Shown here: positions 60,699 through 64,000 of the stretch, piece after piece
How the letters are laid out: each line of letters opens with the position of its first letter
Position numbering within the stretch: position 1 is the stretch's first letter
From: Camelus dromedarius
Taxonomy: Eukaryota
DNA: 64,000 nt
NCBI RefSeq assembly: GCF_036321535.1
Contig: NC_087436.1
Location: 119,972,001 to 120,036,000 of the forward strand
Direction of reading: 5' to 3'
Position numbers and translations under genes: made by a program
Notes under the pieces: generated by a model
Told to the model about the DNA's origin: nothing
Seen by the model: the letters and a program-made list of their open reading frames with translations, nothing else
Database searches by the model: none

Positions 60699-62274
60699 TT
60701 CTTAAAGGTCACCACCTGCCCATTTTTTAGAGAAATCACCCTGCCTTATTAGATTTAATAGACTGAGTGAAACAGAAGAGATGTAGTTTGGTAGAAACTA
60801 CCTGTAAGGTACTCACAGTGACCACTTTTGTCCAGCAATCTGCCTAGACTTCAGACTTGGGGACTTGTCAGAATTAAATGGGAGAACATCTGTTCAGGGC
60901 TGCTCTGTGTTGCTCAGCCCTTCCGCAGAGATGGGGGTGAGTAGGGGGCTGGGGCTTGGGTGCCTGGTGGAGGAGAGGAGGGGCACCCACGTGTGGGCGT
61001 GTGTGTCCGTGGAGGGAGAGGTGCTCCAGCTGGGTTTTGGAGTTTACTTGGGGGCAGGAGGCAGAGGCCAGGGTGGGACAAAGGCACAAAGACCAGATGA
61101 GCTGGTAAGCTCAGGCCGGCTTGTCAAGGATGCAGTGAGACATGTTTGAGAGGCGAACTCTCAGAATGTGAATTATGAGTGACAGTGTGTATGCTGCTTA
61201 AGGGGTATAGCATTTTAAAGACATGACTTCCTTGGGATGATCAAAAAAAAAAAAAAAAAAGCCAGAAGACTATCAAGGAGCTCCCTCTAGAACTCAGAGG
61301 TGGAGGAGGTAGGAGAGGGGGGAGGTTGGGGGACCTCCTGTCCCCTTGGCCCTGCTGCCTGGGGACTGGCCGAGGCACAGAAAGCCATAGCAGTGAACGT
61401 GCAAATGCCCTGTGACCGCTTCTGGGGGCTGGAGCCCCCTTTCTCCAGAGTCCCAAGCTAATGAGAGTGGAATTGTCTGTGGGGGTGCCCTGGGACCTCT
61501 GAGGGGCACCTCGTCTTCCCAGTGGGTGGTTGGTACAAATGACTGCTGTCTGTCCTTAAGGGAGGAGGGTGCCAGGGACCCCAGGATCTGAGGGCAGGAG
61601 GGGGTTGTGCACATACTCGAGACCATGCCCAGCGAGTTCCCAGAAGTAAATCCTGCTTGGGAACAATCAGGCTTCAAGAACCCACTTCGGCTTTCCTCTC
61701 ACTGCACAGCACCTGCCGATCTCCCCCGGAAAGAAGCGGGTTGGGCCCCAGTGGAGTGGGAAAGAGGGCCCCCACTGGGCAGGCAGAGGCTTCTGCACGT
61801 TCAAAGGCAGAGACAAGCTTGCCTGCTGCGTGTTTTGTGTCTCTGGTACCACACGGCAGGACCCAGCGTGGTTTCCATCACCCGGGACCCAAACAGAGGA
61901 CCTGAAACACTGGGTCTATTTGACGGGTGGACAGATGGGGAGAATTGTGAAAAGTTCTTCCTCACTTTACCCTAATTCTGCATGATGTCACCTCCCTCAT
62001 CCAGGAAACGCTATCTCTGTTAATGTAGCCTCAGACAGCACACTTATCTGGAGTACCTTCCAGCGCCTAGGACAGAGGACACAGGCACACCGCCTCCTCT
62101 GACTCCCTGCAGATGTGCCCATGGAATCTTGTGGGAGTGAGTGCTGGCAGGGGATCTGGGAAGCACCCAAGTTAGTGCTCTGAACCCCAACTCCAGCCTG
62201 AGACCTCATGACATGAGACACAGCTCCTCCTCCCACTGAACATGTCCTGCTCAGGAGCCCACAGGCTGAGGGTC

Positions 62275-62450
62275 ATGGTGGAAACAGCAGGGAGTCGAGT
62301 CACAGACCTGGGGTCAACCTGGGCTCTGCCAACTATCAGCTATGTGGCCTTGGGCAAGTCACTGTGCATCTCTGAGCCTCTGGTCTCTCTTTGGAAAGTG
62401 GGGAAATAACCTCCGAGCATGGTTGCCATTAAACAAGACTGTGTATGTGC
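62275..62450 (+). mobile_element. MIR SINE
   Basis: gagtcacagacctgggg...ctctgccaactatcagctatgtggccttgggcaagtcactgtgcatctctgagcctc. Confidence 0.8.
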
Positions 62451-63536
62451 AGTAGAGGCCCCCGTGCCAGCCAGCCACCCCCTCCCCTCCTTCTCCTCTC
62501 CCCACCTCGCAGACACGTTTAAGGGCATGGCTCACAGATGGCCAGACTTCTGCCATTTTTCAAAAGGAGCCCCTCCTCCTTAGTCAAGTCAGAAGTGTAT
62601 CCTAGAGAATTTCTGTGGGCAGTGGGAAAGCCAGCAAGATGATCAGAAGGTGGAAGTATCTGGGGAAGAGCTTTGCAGCCAGGGGACAGCATGTGCAAAG
62701 GGCCTGAGGCGTGTTCGGGGAAAGGAGACCAGGGTGGCTGGGGTACAGGGGTAGGGTGGGAGAGAGGTGGGCAGGGGCATCTCCTAGAGCCCCGAAGGCC
62801 GTGGAAAGCTTTGGGTGTGATTCTAAGGGCCATGGGGCTGTTGGAAGGTTCTGGTGGGGTTGAGAGGCGTAGGGGTGATGGGATGTTGGGGCCGAGGGCT
62901 TGGCCTGGGGACACCCACAGGCTCTGCCGAAGTTTCATATTCCCAAGATGTGGAGCCTCTGCTCTGGGTCCTCCCCGGGTGCCTCCCGCTGGCTCCAGAC
63001 ATTCAAATAAAAAAGACTCAACATGAAGAACAGGGAGAAGATGCCAGTTAGAGACTTCTGAACGAGACCCCGGGCGGCTGACCGATGAGCGTGCTGGCCC
63101 TGGCGAGGGGCTGGCTGGGCCAGGTCCCGGCTCTGCCCTGACTCCTGAGGTTCCCTGCATCCCTGCCACCAAACCTGCAGGCCCTGAGACAGCTGGACGG
63201 GGTGGGAAGTGGACTTGTGGTGGGCAGTGGTGGGGCCACTTCCTGTAAGGGAGCTGCAGGGCGAAGTGACAAGGTGCCCCTCCCCAGGTGGGGTCAAGAC
63301 ACATGCTTGCCAGCTAGGTATTTGTGCTCATGGAAGATCTAGGGGGTCCCCTGTGTCCTGACTGGAGAGCCAAACCCAGCTCTGCCACCTGCCAGCTGGG
63401 AGACCTTGACTCGCCAGCTGCTCCAAGCCTCAGCCTCCTCGTCTATAAAATGGGACCCCAGCCCAGGGCTGTTTGCAGACAAGAAAGACCACCAGGCTGG
63501 GCCGCTCAACTTTTGTCCCCCGAGGACTTGGCAGAG

Positions 63537-63810
63537 ATTCATTTATTCACTCACTCATTCATTCATTCATCCCACACACACTCCCTGAGCACAGGCACCC
63601 CAGCTGTGAGCTGAGCCAGGTGCTGGGCCACAAAGAGGACTCAGAGGCAGGCCCAGCTTTTGAGGGGCTCCCTGGCTGGAGGAGACAATGACAGCTCCCT
63701 GGCTGGAGGAGACAATGACAATGCAGCAAGTGCTGGGGCAGGGGGCCCAGAGATGCTCCCCACCCAGCATGGCATCCAGGAGGGCTTCCTGAAGGAGGTG
63801 ACACATGAAC
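63537..63810 (-). mobile_element. L2 3' end (antisense) containing a perfect 27-bp tandem duplication
   Basis: (TTCA)n start, ccaggtgctgggcc...agggcttcctgaaggaggtgaca; gctccctggctggaggagacaatgaca x2 at 63667-63720. Confidence 0.75.
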
Positions 63811-64000
63811 TGTGTCAATGTCAAATAGAGATTTGCCTTTCTGGTGATGCTTATCCTAAAGGCTTTTCTAAATTCCACTACTGCTTTCTCATCCTTACGC
63901 TATTGGCCTTTTTGGTGTGTGAGTTTTTCCTACAGGCAGGACCCCCACAGTGTTTATTTGCAATTTTCTCTCTCGCCAATGGTCCAGAAATTGCCATCAT

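Larger units (their letters stand above)
1..64000 (+). other. SORCS2: Internal portion of the SORCS2 gene (about intron 3 to intron 12); VPS10P-domain sorting receptor
   Basis: Nine exons with canonical AG/GT boundaries and compatible phases join into 340 stop-free codons. They include Asp-box/BNR motifs (STDEGATF, SSDLGKKW, TYNKGRDW, TSDCGHTW) and match the SORCS2 sequence as I recall it. Confidence 0.95.

Noticed and set aside
59561..64000. Next SORCS2 exon (VFEEEHH... as recalled), and the preceding exon in 1-13956
   Set aside because: Searched by eye and not found; presumably outside the window.

Overview
GC-rich mammalian genomic DNA, not prokaryotic. The whole 64 kb lies inside one gene on the + strand: nine GT-AG coding exons (165, 74, 65, 119, 90, 180, 147, 103 and 77 nt; 1020 nt, 340 codons) splice into a stop-free stretch of a VPS10P-domain receptor that I recognise as SORCS2. 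These are probably exons 4-12, numbered from my memory of the human gene. Start and stop codons lie outside the window. The introns hold typical eutherian repeats: MIR, L2, L3/CR1, several MLT1 LTRs, MER5A/MER58A/MER91A, L1 fragments, a near full-length Tigger1 nested in an L1 ORF1, an ERV1-type LTR and microsatellites. The repeat content suggests a cetartiodactyl, possibly a camelid (inference). Nearly all long ORFs in the track are chance frames. I found no evidence of a new protein-coding system. The most unusual non-coding observations are: (1) a ~205-bp non-repeat direct duplication bracketing exons 11-12, with an AT-rich core much better conserved than its GC-rich flank; (2) two candidate cryptic 'poison' exons with good splice signals; (3) strong CTCF-like motifs around exons 11-12; (4) a 47-bp perfect Z-DNA-type tract; (5) patches of GC-shifted transposon sequence. 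Repeat family names and boundaries come from recalled consensus sequences and are approximate.
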